A stretch of 62,007 bases of DNA from contig CACGIM010000003.1 of assembly GCA_902573115.1 (NCBI GenBank), positions 1-62,007 of the forward strand, read 5' to 3'. The stretch is from an uncultured Candidatus Poseidoniales archaeon. Its GTDB lineage: Archaea; Thermoplasmatota; Poseidoniia; Poseidoniales; Thalassarchaeaceae. A model generated the notes under the pieces. The model did not search any database. It worked only from the letters and a program-made list of their open reading frames with translations, and was not told the DNA's origin. This document shows, one piece after another, positions 60,828 through 62,007 of this stretch (the first letter of the stretch is position 1; every line of letters begins with the position of its first letter). A program made the translations under genes and the position numbers.

Positions 60828-62007
60828 GTGACCAGTGAAGCCGGAGAACCGAGTGGAGAGGACAATGTACGCGTAGGCGGGTCGAAAGATTCTGAGTCAC
60901 TTAAAAGACTGAGGAGTGACTTTCAGGAGCTTTCAGACAAAGCCCAACAATTGCTAACGGAGAAACTATTCCTAGAGAACGAATTTTCCCAGCTAAAGAA
61001 GAGAACAAGTAGACTTGAAGAGGAAATAAATAGTATTCGGACTCCTCCGCTAGTAGTAGGATATGTTCAGGACGTGGTGAAAGAACAAGCCATTGTCAGA
61101 AGCTCAAATGGGACCGTATTCCTTGTCTCTATCAATAAAAGATTAGATTTTTCTATACTTAAACCCGGAACAAGAGTAGCACTGAACCAAGACACTCTTT
61201 CTGTAGTTGAGGTACTCTCAGATTCTTGGGACCCCTTGGTAAGCAACGCAGAGATAGTTGAAACCCCTAAAATCGAATATTCACATATCGGTGGTCTGGA
61301 CAATCAGATTAGGGAATTAAGAGAGGCAATAGAACTCCCATTCGAAAACCCGGCTGCCTTCTCAAATCTAGGCATAGAACCTCCAAAAGGAGTCCTCCTA
61401 ACTGGCCCCCGGGAACTGGCAAAACCATGCTTGCAAAGGCCGTAGCTAACTCAACTAAAGCAACATTTCTAGGGTTAGTGGGGGCTGAACTTGCCCAGAA
61501 ATACATTGGAGAAGGAGGTAGGATGGTCAGAGAGCTATTTGAAATGGCAAGACAAAAAGCTCCAGCAATTATATTCATAGATGAGATAGACTCGATCGGC
61601 TCAAAAAGACTCGATACAGCTACTTCTGGTGATAGGGAAGTTCAGAGGACCCTGATGCAGCTCCTTTCAGAGATAGATGGATTTGAGAGTCTGGACAATG
61701 TGAAGGTAATAGCAGCTACTAACAGGCCCGAACTATTGGATGCCGCTCTATTGAGGCCGGGCCGTTTTGATAGGATTATTGAGATTCCAATCCCCGACTC
61801 AGAAGCTAGGAAAACAATATTCTCAGTGCACACCAAGTCAATGCCACTATCGAAGGATGTAGGCGTAAACACTCTGTCTTCGTTAACTGATGGGTTTAGC
61901 GGGGCCGAAATAAAATCAACTGTCGTCGAAGCAGGGATTTCTGCTATTTCTAGCGGAAGAAAATCCGTAAGAAAATCTGATTTTATTTCCGCCATAAAGA
62001 AGGTCGA
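60828..62007 (+). CDS. pan: Proteasome-activating nucleotidase, frameshifted near 61410 and truncated by the window
   Basis: Coiled coil, [31 protein letters not shown]; second frame [38 protein letters not shown]. One C is missing in the run 61406-61410. Start approximate. Confidence 0.93.

Noticed and set aside
60756-60828. mbf1-pan adjacency
   Set aside because: A known conserved archaeal neighbourhood.

Overview
A roughly 62 kb, mostly housekeeping segment of a marine Euryarchaeote. It is most consistent with Marine Group II (Poseidoniales, Thermoplasmatota): unsplit rpoB, 23S-5S rRNA unlinked from 16S, archaeal ribosomal/RNase P/proteasome genes, a large membrane-anchored S8 protease and a proteorhodopsin. 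The taxonomy is inferred, not searched. Main blocks: gap/S8 protease/adk/rnp4/yhbY; 23S-5S rRNA and eIF6; a biotin/B12 methylmalonyl-CoA cluster; a Rieske/cytochrome b operon; divergent ftsZ, pop5 and a HemK-BirA fusion; tRNA-Lys; rpoH-B-A'-A''-L30e; four coiled-coil paralogues; pdxS, ferredoxin, eS1; a light/redox block (proteorhodopsin, ribA, Prx-like, TrmB-like, fasciclin-cupredoxin, Fe-S photolyase); tsr3, mbf1 and pan. Most unusual features: (1) a b6-type Rieske/cytb complex with the heme-ci Cys, whose subunit IV is fused to a predicted cytoplasmic HdrD/GlpC-like Fe-S/CCG module, with a ferredoxin next door and no cytochrome c1; (2) the same extra N-terminal domain on both RpoH and RpoA'' (19/27 identical residues), plus a Cys-rich insert in RpoA'; (3) a roughly 110 nt structured RNA candidate abutting tRNA-Lys; (4) a basic C-terminal motif shared by three proteins from two unrelated families. 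Two single-base frameshifts in poly-C runs (adk, pan) are probably sequence errors. No CRISPR array or mobile element was seen.
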